This document shows positions 23,368-36,105 of a DNA stretch of 64,000 nucleotides, piece after piece. Under the pieces are notes generated by a model. That model was not told the origin of the DNA. It saw nothing but the letters and a program-made list of their open reading frames with translations, and made no database searches. Location of the stretch: positions 410,254,001 through 410,318,000 of the forward strand of contig OZ024740.1 of the NCBI GenBank assembly GCA_964016885.1, read 5' to 3'. Source of the stretch: Eledone cirrhosa (lineage: Eukaryota). How positions within the stretch are numbered: the first letter of the stretch is position 1; each line of letters begins with the position of its first letter. The position numbers and the translations under genes were made by a program.

Positions 23368-25581
23368 ATGGAATTCTTTAAGATTACTTCCTCTTTAAAA
23401 GACATACCTCTACCTAGAAACAAAGACTTTATAAAACAATTAATAGATAAATCTGACTCTTTTATAAGGAGAATCAGGTGGCGAGCATTCCACTTTGATA
23501 AATCTAATATAAATGAAAATGTCTCGGACTTAAACAAAGTTTTCAAATCTAAAAGAAATCCACCCCCTAACAAACTTTTATCTGACTTTGAAAACGATAT
23601 AATCTCTATCATACAAGGGGTCAAATTCAAGAGAAACTTCAAAGGCCAGGAATATCTGAAAGGCATTAAGGATAATATTGAGAGCTTAGAGAAAACTGAG
23701 AAGATCTTGGTGAAATCTGACAAGACCAACAACCTCTATGGAGTGCAGAAAGACATGTATAATGGCCTCATACTGAAGGAACTGAGGGAAAAGTACAAGG
23801 TAGCAGATAAGGCCGAGCTTGAGAAAATGAATGTTGAAGCATCTTGTATAATGCACGAGTTGGAAATTGAGAACAGAACACAACCTTTCGTGCCCAGGAA
23901 ACCGAAGATCAATATGAAAGATCACAAAAGGAATTTTGAAAATGACTTGCCAGTTAGATTGATCGCACCATCAAAATCGGACCTGGGCAAATTAAGCAAA
24001 AACATTCTTGACAGGGTGATACAGCAAATTAAAAACTTGGATTGTTTACCTAACCTGAGCTTGTGGAAGGGAACTGGAGAGGTTGTTGAGTGGTTTAAGC
24101 AAATTAAATATAACAATAATAATAAGTTTATTCAACTTGATATTGCTAACTATTATTCTTCTATTACCCCTAATCTACTAAATAAGGCACTAAATTACGC
24201 ATTCAAACATACAGACCTAACTAGCAATGAAATGCACATTATATTATCGGCTAGGAAAACATTGATAGAATTTAATGACCAACTATGGACCAGAGCAGAT
24301 AGAGATAGCAATTTTGACATTACTATGGGATCATCCGACTCAGCTCAGGTAACTGACCTTGTGGGCTTATTTTTAATCAATTCGCTACATAGGAAAATAC
24401 CTGGTACTACCGGAGGTTTATATAGAGATGACATGCTTTTACTTATTGATAATAATAACTCTGAACTAAATAGAAAAAGAAAACAAATTACACAATTTTT
24501 TAATTACTTTAATCTAAAAATAGAAATTGAAAACAACCATAGAATAGTCAATTTCCTAGATATAACATTAAATCTCAACACATGTCTTCACTATCCATTT
24601 CACAAGTTGAATGAAAACTTAAACTATGTCAGCTTTAACTCTAACCACCCCAGATCTGTCAAAAACACTATAGTAAACTCTGTTCAAAAACGTATCTCTA
24701 GAATCTCGTCTAATAGAAAGATTTTCGACGAAAAAGCCCAGTACTACAATGAAGCGTTAGCTAGAGCAGGATATAGTGATAAGATTATGTACATAGATAA
24801 TGATAGACACACTAAACAAAATAACAACTATTTTAATTACGGCCACAACCTTAACAACTATAATAGAAAGCATTACAATAATTCCAAAAGACAAAAAAGA
24901 AATAGAACTAGGAACATAATATGGTTTGCCCCCCCTTTCTCACTAAACATTAAAACCCACATCGCTAAACTATTTTTTAAAGCTCTTGATAATCGCTTCC
25001 CTAGAACACATAGGTATCACTCAATTTTCAATAGACATACTATAAAATTAACCTACTCATCCACCAAAAATTTAGCACAAAATATTAATAGAATAAATAA
25101 TAGGAACTTAAAACCTAGCGATAATAGCATAAACAATATACAAGTTAACAAATGTAACTGTAGAGATAGATCTAAATGTCCGTTAAATAACAACTGCTTA
25201 GTTAAAAATATAATATACAACTGTAATGTTAAAACGGACTCTAATTCTTTTAACTACGTCGGTTCCACATCGACGGAATTTAAACTTCGCTATAATAACC
25301 ACAAGAATTCTTTCACAGATCCAAGCAAAAAATCTTCAACAGCACTATCAGGCGTACTCTGGCAACTTAGGCAAGATAACGTTAGATATTCGACAGCTTG
25401 GAATATAGTCTCAAGAGGGATTCCTTTTAATTCATCCTCTGAGACATGTGACCTCTGCGCGGAGGAGATATTCTTTATACTAAAATCTAAAAATTCCCTT
25501 AATCTACGGACAAATTTATTCAGTTGCTGCAAACATAGATTGAACTCAACTTTTAAATATAAATTTAAATTTAAAATGTAG
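23368..25581 (+). CDS. PLE reverse transcriptase + GIY-YIG endonuclease (Naiad-type)
   Basis: N-terminal 'SLKDIPLP...FIRRIRWRAF'; 'VKSDKT'; 'KDHK..F....PVRLIAPSKSDLGKLSK'; 'FIQLDIANYYSSI'; 'ITMGS'; catalytic 'GGLYRDD'; 'FLDITL'; 'SNHP'; Cys cluster 'CNCRDRSKCPLNNNC'; 'IIYNC..YVGST..FKLRYNNHK'; 'CDLC..E'. Confidence 0.93.
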   Translation: MEFFKITSSLKDIPLPRNKDFIKQLIDKSDSFIRRIRWRAFHFDKSNINENVSDLNKVFKSKRNPPPNKLLSDFENDIISIIQGVKFKRNFKGQEYLKGIKDNIESLEKTEKILVKSDKTNNLYGVQKDMYNGLILKELREKYKVADKAELEKMNVEASCIMHELEIENRTQPFVPRKPKINMKDHKRNFENDLPVRLIAPSKSDLGKLSKNILDRVIQQIKNLDCLPNLSLWKGTGEVVEWFKQIKYNNNNKFIQLDIANYYSSITPNLLNKALNYAFKHTDLTSNEMHIILSARKTLIEFNDQLWTRADRDSNFDITMGSSDSAQVTDLVGLFLINSLHRKIPGTTGGLYRDDMLLLIDNNNSELNRKRKQITQFFNYFNLKIEIENNHRIVNFLDITLNLNTCLHYPFHKLNENLNYVSFNSNHPRSVKNTIVNSVQKRISRISSNRKIFDEKAQYYNEALARAGYSDKIMYIDNDRHTKQNNNYFNYGHNLNNYNRKHYNNSKRQKRNRTRNIIWFAPPFSLNIKTHIAKLFFKALDNRFPRTHRYHSIFNRHTIKLTYSSTKNLAQNINRINNRNLKPSDNSINNIQVNKCNCRDRSKCPLNNNCLVKNIIYNCNVKTDSNSFNYVGSTSTEFKLRYNNHKNSFTDPSKKSSTALSGVLWQLRQDNVRYSTAWNIVSRGIPFNSSSETCDLCAEEIFFILKSKNSLNLRTNLFSCCKHRLNSTFKYKFKFKM

Positions 25582-26058
25582 TATATTTAGTTTGATTTGT
25601 AATTATTTGGGAAACTAGCCGATAAATCTTTCGATTTCTTCTTTTTCTTCTTCTTTTTTTTATTCTTCTTTTTATTTTTATTTTTATTTAAACATTCTTC
25701 ATGAAAAATTAAACTACCCTAAAAGTTTATGCTCCAAATATATCGAATAAACGTTACACTAGATAAACTTCTATATTAAATATAAGAACATATGTAGACC
25801 AAATGGGCATCCTAAACTTTTGAAATGATTTCTGCTAGACGCGATTTGGTAAATAATTTTTAGCTTTATCTGTTTTCGACTCTGATGCTTATAATGAACT
25901 TGGCAATATATTGTCAATTAATTTTGAAGGGTTGATCTTTGTGGTCAATTTGCGTGGCATATTATGTTTTTATTTTTATTATTTTAATATTTTTTAATAT
26001 TTTTAATATTTTTATTTTTAATATGTAATATTTTTTAGTTTTCTATTTTATTTATTTG

Positions 26059-26091
<33 letters not shown>

Positions 26092-26943
26092 TTTTGTTTT
26101 TGTTTCTGATATTTTTTATTAATATATTGAAATCTGTTCTCTATTTCTGCTTGATAGATAATCATGTAGAGTAAAGACAAGAATAGTATTGTTAAAATTA
26201 ATATAGACTCTATATATATGTGTATATATACACATATATTTATACTTAAATTTTTATAGCACAATGAGAATGTTCTCCGTGTGAAATAGGGGTTTGCAGA
26301 GTTGATCACGTAAATTCACATCGATGTTTGTAGTTATCATATAAACATATGAATTTTTAAAACTAGACATAAGATCATTATTTTTCACACATTATGGATA
26401 TGTGTCTCATTCAGGAATACTGATATTTACATTATAGTGCCTGGTTTTTATACGAACTAATATTTCTACATTAAAACATAGGGTTTTTAAATTCTGCCTC
26501 GCCTATGTCTGGTTACTTCTCATTTTTCTCTCTATATAACGGCTGGTTTCTTTCCTAACCACATATATCTCCCTTACATTAATACTAGAGCTAAATAAAT
26601 AAATAAATAAATAAATGTATCATTGATACGTCATTCAACGGATGTTCAACTACCTACTTTTCTCTATATATATCTATCTCTATCTATTTCCTCTCTCTAT
26701 ATATCTCTCTCTGTTTCTTTACATGAAGTTCTTCTCTTTATCTATCTTTCCATCTCTCTATTTTGTTGCATGCATTTCTTCTTTTTTCTTCTTTTTCTTC
26801 GTTTTCTTTCTTTCTTTCCTTCTTTCTTTCTTTCTTTCTTTCTTTCTGTTTACAATTTTTCACTGCCAAATCAACTTTTTCAAATACAAGTCGATGTTGA
26901 ACGGTATGTCAAATCTATTTATCTATAAAACTGTCTATATTGT

Positions 26944-27007
26944 ATTTTGTCTGAAGAAGGCATAACATATTGTTAATATGATATCCCTGAAATATATATA
27001 ATGAAAT
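26944..27007 (+). ncRNA. Type I hammerhead ribozyme at the 3' end of the Naiad element
   Basis: ATTTTGT-CTGAAGA-AGG...CCT-GAAA-TATATA-TA-ATGAAAT gives a 7-bp stem I (two G-U pairs), an intact core and a palindromic stem III. Cleavage is predicted after A27000. Confidence 0.78.
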
Positions 27008-27048
27008 AAATATGGTTTTATAAATATAGTTTCCATTTATTTAATATC

Positions 27049-27110
<62 letters not shown>

Positions 27111-27112
<2 letters not shown>

Positions 27113-27300
27113 CAAAGAAAGTGTGGTAAGACACCAGGTGAACCATAACGCACCAGAGTACTCGATACTTAGGGTAGTAGAGTGGGTAATAGAAGAAGAG
27201 TCAGGACTCCGACGGCTGATCGAACAGCTAAAGCCGAACAGTTCGGATATAGCTGTCGAAATGGCCAGAGATCAGCCGTCGGGGTCCTGACTCTTTTCCT
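27111..27300. mobile_element. Small fold-back PLE remnant between (TA)n tracts
   Basis: 26-bp inverted repeat AAGAGTCAGGACTCCGACGGCTGATC / GATCAGCCGTCGGGGTCCTGACTCTT encloses an ACAGCTA..TAGCTGT stem and CGAAATGGCCA (hammerhead 3' half). Confidence 0.65.
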
Positions 27301-28496
27301 ATATATATATATATTTATATGGGTGTGAATAAATATGTTGGCACCTCTTTTAGAACTCCAGATTTTTAGAACAAATATATTATTACATTATCTATGTTAT
27401 AAATTGAAATTATACTTTCCGCTGACAAAAAGTAGTTCAAAAGAAATATAAGCCATAGAATCGTCAGAATTAGTAGGACCGAAAAAGGATTTATTTTTTA
27501 TGTTTATGTGTATAATTGTGCATTGTTATATGCATTAATGTATATAATTTTTTGTGTATGTATATATGTATGTACAACGAAATTTTCATACATTGATCAG
27601 CACAGACAAATGCAGATATTATTACGCATATATGTATGTATGTGTGCATATACACACACACACACATATACACACTCTCTCTCCGTCTCACACACACACG
27701 CACACGTATATATATGTATGTATAACTAAAACCGTGTATTCCTTAACTAGAACGTAAACAAATATAAAACAATCCCATGATATACACGAACCCAAGCAAA
27801 TGCAAATTACAATTCTACAATCATGTCAACCTACCAGACCATACTGCAGCAACTATAAGCTAAATTCAAACACCTTTCTCAAAACCCTATGCCAGTCTTC
27901 TAAGTTAAACAACAACCATCCTGCTCCTCTTACTGGTATGGGGTCGATGGAGGTCGTCAGGCTGCAGCCTTTGTATTACGTAGTTTCTTCAACAACTACC
28001 GTCACACAACGTAATTGGTATTGCACTCGCATAATCAATACAGCCACCAGAAACTACCAGTGACCCATACTCACAATAAACCTGTCGTAGAATACAGATA
28101 CACACTGAAGTAAATCACACGTTCAGCAACCGGAACCTCAACTGACTCAACCAATAACCTGCAGTTCCTCATTAATATAATCCAAACCATATTCTGCTTA
28201 ACGAACTGATCAAAGAAACGACAGTTTAAACAATTAAAAACCAAGTAAATACGACCAGAAGCGAATACTGAACAACATGAAACATAGGATAAAAGGAAAT
28301 ATTGATTTCTACTTAAAAAACAAGATAATTTGTAAAATTATAATAACACATTGAAGTATATATACACAGCATGGAATAGTAAACCTTACATTACCTAAAA
28401 ACAAGGCATCTCTCTCGAATACCATAGGCGAATACTGGCTATTTGTGTTATTTTTGCTATCCAAACCAGAGAAAGTCTAATTTGTCTTTTAATAAT

Positions 28497-28670
28497 AGTT
28501 GTTTCTACTTTAGGCACAAGGCCAGCAATTAACAAGTGCATTACTGGTACTTTATTTTATCGACCCCGTAAGGATGAAAGGCAAAGTCAACCTCGGCGGG
28601 ATCGTAAAGGGACGTAACTATGCTGGAAAGCATGGTGTCCGACCCTCTACCGATACTGCCAATCTACCGT
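28497..28670 (-). mobile_element. SINE family A with a ~16-bp target-site duplication
   Basis: Flanked by GTCTTTTAATAATAGT (28484-28499) and GTCTTTTAATGATAGT (28669-28684). Confidence 0.85.
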
Positions 28671-28979
28671 CTTTTAATGATAGTGATCCCACAACTATGA
28701 CTATAGTTGCGATGATAGAAGGTAGAATTTGAAATTAGAAAGCACAATGCTGGAATAGATATCAGAAAGCAGCACTTTAGCTCACTAACTTGTCTGCAAA
28801 TCCACCAGCGAGTATGCTACTTTATTTATCAACCCGAAAGGATGAAAAGCAAAGTTGTCATCGGCAGGAATTGAACTCAAAATATATACAACAAAGCACT
28901 TAATCGATTGCTCTAACGAATTATTTGCGTTTGCCACATTTATGTGTTAATGTATATAAGAGTTAATTATATGAGTGTA

Positions 28980-29225
28980 TGCACATAATACGCACACACA
29001 CACACACATACACACACTCACACGCACACACACACACACACTCACACACATATATATATATATGCATACACACATATATAGATACATACATATACACACA
29101 TTGCATTGAATATACATACACAGTACATTAATAAACTGACAGAGGAACGATGCCAAGTTATCAAAAAGATCTCTATTACGACGGTGGCTTTGGCAGCTTT
29201 CCAGTGACTTGAAGACACAGAATAC

Positions 29226-29297
<72 letters not shown>

Positions 29298-29355
29298 GTA
29301 TATATATATACACATACACACATTATATATGTATGTGCGTGTGTGTGTATACATC

Positions 29356-29414
<59 letters not shown>

Positions 29415-29501
29415 GCATATATGTATATGTGTGTGTGTGTGTGTATATATATCATATACATATATATATATATATATATATCATATATGTATATATATAT
29501 A

Positions 29502-29557
<56 letters not shown>

Positions 29558-29571
29558 ATATATATATATAT

Positions 29572-29651
<80 letters not shown>

Positions 29652-29691
29652 TATATATATACAATATATATACACACATATATATATACAT

Positions 29692-29756
<65 letters not shown>

Positions 29757-29770
29757 TATATATATATGAA
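28980..29770. repeat. Compound (CA)n/(TA)n microsatellite field
   Basis: Directly visible; the YIYI/THTH ORFs here are artefacts. Confidence 0.95.
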
Positions 29771-29978
29771 TAAGAATTTAAATTTTGAACCTTTAAAGTT
29801 AAACCTCTAAAATTCGTATCGATCTCTTATTGACATCTGTCAAGTTTTCCACCTATCAACATTTGCATTGAGGCATAGGCGCATATATATATATCAACCA
29901 TGTATATATATATCAACCATGTATATATATATATCAACCATGTATATATATATCAACTATAAGTAAATAAACAATATA

Positions 29979-30188
29979 TGAGTGTCGGCTGAAAGTTTCA
30001 TAGGGTGAAGAGTTCATAGGCTGACCAAGATACTCTCATGGAATGACTAAATGTGGTTTATTTTCTCACATAGTTCATGGAAAGAAACAATGCAGTTATC
30101 AATAAGAGTTGAAATGAATGCATGCAAGATTTCACAGCACTAGCATCACACCTTCATAATCAGCCTACGAACTTCTCAGCCTTCCCTC

Positions 30189-30189
<1 letters not shown>
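29979..30189. mobile_element. Tc1/mariner-derived MITE
   Basis: Imperfect TIRs TA|TGAGTGTCGGCTGAAAG..AGTTCATAGGCTGA and TCAGCCTACGAACTTCTCAGCCTTCCCTCG|TA, consistent with mariner CGAGGG-type ends and a TA TSD. Confidence 0.65.
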
Positions 30190-30270
<81 letters not shown>

Positions 30271-30519
30271 TTAGGTTTGAAGGTTCACCACTGGATAGAG
30301 CTGGTCATTCCGTATGGTCAATCTTGATGTAATAATATGGAGAGTACTCAACGTAAAGCAGCTCAACCGTCTTCGTTTGTGTAGTTGGTGGTGCGAGTAC
30401 GGAGTTAAATATTATAATAAAATAACAGGAGGCTGGACTTGTGTAAATCCTTGAAATGTTTAATATACTATGATCATTTCAATGATTGGGTTCCGTATTA
30501 ATCCGGTGATATCATATAT

Positions 30520-30661
30520 ATATTTATTAAAATAACAGATTAAAGTTTAAGCAAAGAATCGCTGCTTTCATCCTTGAGATCTGAAACGTTTCAGAAGATC
30601 CCGTTAAGGGTGAAAGCAGCGATTCTTTCCTTAAACTTTAATCTGTTATTTCAATAAATAT
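30520..30661. repeat. Fold-back palindrome centred on CTGAAAC|GTTTCAG
   Basis: 30520-30575 is the reverse complement of 30606-30661. Symmetry continues to the centre (30587/30588) with two 3-nt indels. Confidence 0.85.
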
Positions 30662-30753
30662 TTGCTCTAGGGTTCTTATATATTTGTTATATATTTATCC
30701 TTATCGAGCCCTCTTTGGATTTTAGTCTTCACATTTATTATTATTATTATATA

Positions 30754-30927
30754 TTGGCAGTATCAGTAGAGGGTCGGACGCCATGCTTTCCAGCATAGTT
30801 ACGTCGCTTTACGATCTGAGTTCAAATCCAGCCGAGGTTGACTTTGCCTTTCATCCTTACGGGGTCGATAAAATAAAGTACCAGTAATGAACTGGGTAAT
30901 TGCTGGCCCTGTGCCTAAAGTAGAAAC

Positions 30928-30931
<4 letters not shown>
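30754..30931 (+). mobile_element. SINE family A
   Basis: TTGGCAGTATCAGTAGAGGG...GAGTTCAAATCC...AGTAGAAACAATT. Confidence 0.85.
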
Positions 30932-31013
<82 letters not shown>

Positions 31014-31247
31014 ATATAAATATATATGCAAACATGTATGTATGGAGGTAGGTATGTATGTATGCATGTATGTATATATGGGTGATTTTGGACACCCTGC
31101 AGGACAAAGAAAAACAAAACCTGACAAAGGGTGGAAGAACTCATAAGAGTCAACGGCCATCCAAAAGTGTATAAATATGTATATAGTCATGTACATATGT
31201 ATGTATATGTATATGTGTATATACATGGGTACATGTGTATGTATATG

Positions 31248-31530
31248 CGCGGGGGACATAGAAATAGTCGGGCTGGGCACCCGATCGCGCGGTTAAACCA
31301 CTGGGATTGAAGGACCCCTAGCTTTTGTCAGGGCATTCTTCTAGGAGAAGGCAACCCAGGAAACTGGGATAACTCCGATATAAAACTTGCGACTCAGTAG
31401 TTACCGATGATGTGGATCTTTTCTTCTATTTAGGTTATATCTACTGTCGCTCAGAGAGTGGGATTGGCTCAGTGCACAGTCTTTCCTCACTTTAAAAAAT
31501 ATCTTCACGCACAGGCATTGCACGATAGAA
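31248..31530 (+). mobile_element. Dispersed repeat, probable RTE-type 5' UTR remnant
   Basis: Contains the CTAGGAGAAGGCAAC motif and AGAGTGGGATTGG...CTTTCCTCACTT; homologous to 21140-21480 (-). Confidence 0.45.
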
Positions 31531-31771
31531 TTAATTAATAATTATTAATAATGGTATATCGTGCAATGGCTATACTCGATAACGTGGGGGCAGTTATCAT
31601 CATGTATGTATGTATGTATGTATGTATGTATGTATGTATGTATGTATGTATGTATGTATGTATGTATGTATGTATGTATGTATGCATGTATGTATGTATG
31701 TTTTTATGCGTTCTGTTTCTCCCTTTTTCTCACTTTCTGTGTTTCAATTTCATTTTTTATTTCTCATTCTA

Positions 31772-31807
31772 TCTTCTGATGAAGGACTAGTGTTCGAAAC
31801 GTAAGGT
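31772..31807 (+). ncRNA. Minimal hammerhead in a solo PLE terminal repeat (31700-31895), related to the 1.7-kb terminus
   Basis: CTT-CTGATGA-A-GGAC-TAGT-GTTC-GAAACGTA-AGG. The downstream ATTGCG...TTGTTTCCGTTTAACTTTT resembles the tail of the 1679-1800 terminus. Confidence 0.7.
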
Positions 31808-31900
31808 CTCTTTTCCTACTATATCTTAATACATTTCCTCATTGCGTTGTTTCCTTTGTTGTTTCCGTTTAACTTTTGCATAAAAGAAGAGCTATATATA

Positions 31901-31984
<84 letters not shown>

Positions 31985-32259
31985 TATGTTTTTTTATCAT
32001 TTTTTTATCATTTATTTTGTTTTAGCTTGATTTACTTTTTGGCTTAGGCGGTTGATGCTTTCTTGACCACTATTTCAGTTTTGTATGGCGTCTTAACATA
32101 TTGTTTAGCTCTGGTTTTTTAAAACTATGGAGCGCTTGCCAACATTATTTCTGATTTTTGCGTTTCGTTTCGCCTTTTCTACCCGCCGAAATGCGATTCT
32201 CGCTAAATCTATATTTGTATATGAATATATATATATATATATAAAAATAAATAAATAAA

Positions 32260-32775
<516 letters not shown>

Positions 32776-32778
32776 TAT

Positions 32779-32955
<177 letters not shown>

Positions 32956-33326
32956 ATCATTTATTGTCGTCAAGAAGAATTGGAGAAAACACACAATCAA
33001 ATTTACTAGTAGTACCTCAACTTTAAAATATATCTAATGAGTTGGTTATTTGCTCAAATTTTATTTTTCACTAATCCATAAATATACACGATTTGAAACT
33101 TAATGAATAGATAAGCTATTTATATATAAAAGAAAACTAGCTAAGTCTTTCAGCTATTTCATATGGTGCATTGTTTAATAACTAATTGATTTTAAATTCA
33201 CCCACACAACAACAAAAAATGAACAGAACAATATTTTTAATTGGTCTTCTGAAACAGATAACTTTCATACAAAGGATATTTTACCGAAAAACACTATTTG
33301 CAATGAATAATATATATATATATATA

Positions 33327-35874
<2,548 letters not shown>

Positions 35875-35895
35875 CATATATATATATCCCTGGGT

Positions 35896-35967
35896 GATGT
35901 GTTGGTGTAAATGGTACCACAGTGGTCTGGATAACCAAATATGTGGGTTTGACTCCCATGTACGTCA
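35896..35967 (+). ncRNA. tRNA-like cloverleaf (pseudo-tRNA or SINE head; GGA at the anticodon position)
   Basis: Acceptor GATGTGT/GTACGTC, D-arm GTG-TAAATGGTAC-CAC, anticodon arm GTGGT-CTGGATA-ACCAA, 4-nt variable loop and T-arm GTGGG-TTTGACT-CCCAT. A T5 run follows about 10 nt downstream. Confidence 0.6.
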
Positions 35968-36060
35968 ATACTCATCTTTTTCCATTCCTCCGAGTGTTCT
36001 TAACCCCACTATCAGGCTAAATAATTTCTTTAATTTCTTTAGTCAAAATACGGCGATATA

Positions 36061-36102
<42 letters not shown>

Positions 36103-36105
<3 letters not shown>

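Larger units (their letters stand above)
23197..27051 (+). mobile_element. Full-length Naiad-type Penelope-like retroelement inserted in (TA)n
   Basis: Intact 737-aa ORF, ~1.4-kb 3' region and a hammerhead at 26944-27007. 23285-23338 is the exact reverse complement of 26998-27051. (TA)n tracts lie on both sides. Confidence 0.9.

Noticed and set aside
23368-26940. Selenoprotein-type Naiad (in-frame UGA + SECIS)
   Set aside because: The ORF is open with no UGA and the Cys positions are ordinary Cys codons. I could not identify a convincing SECIS in the 3' region by eye; SECISearch would settle this.
23285-27051. DNA transposon TIRs around the 737-aa ORF
   Set aside because: The protein is RT + GIY-YIG and the inverted segment extends asymmetrically, which is typical of an inverted PLE pseudo-LTR rather than TIRs.
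35896-35967. Functional tRNA-Ser(GGA) gene
   Set aside because: It has no long variable arm, TTTGA instead of TTCGA, a pyrimidine at position 37 and several G-U or mismatched pairs. GGA anticodons are atypical in eukaryotes.
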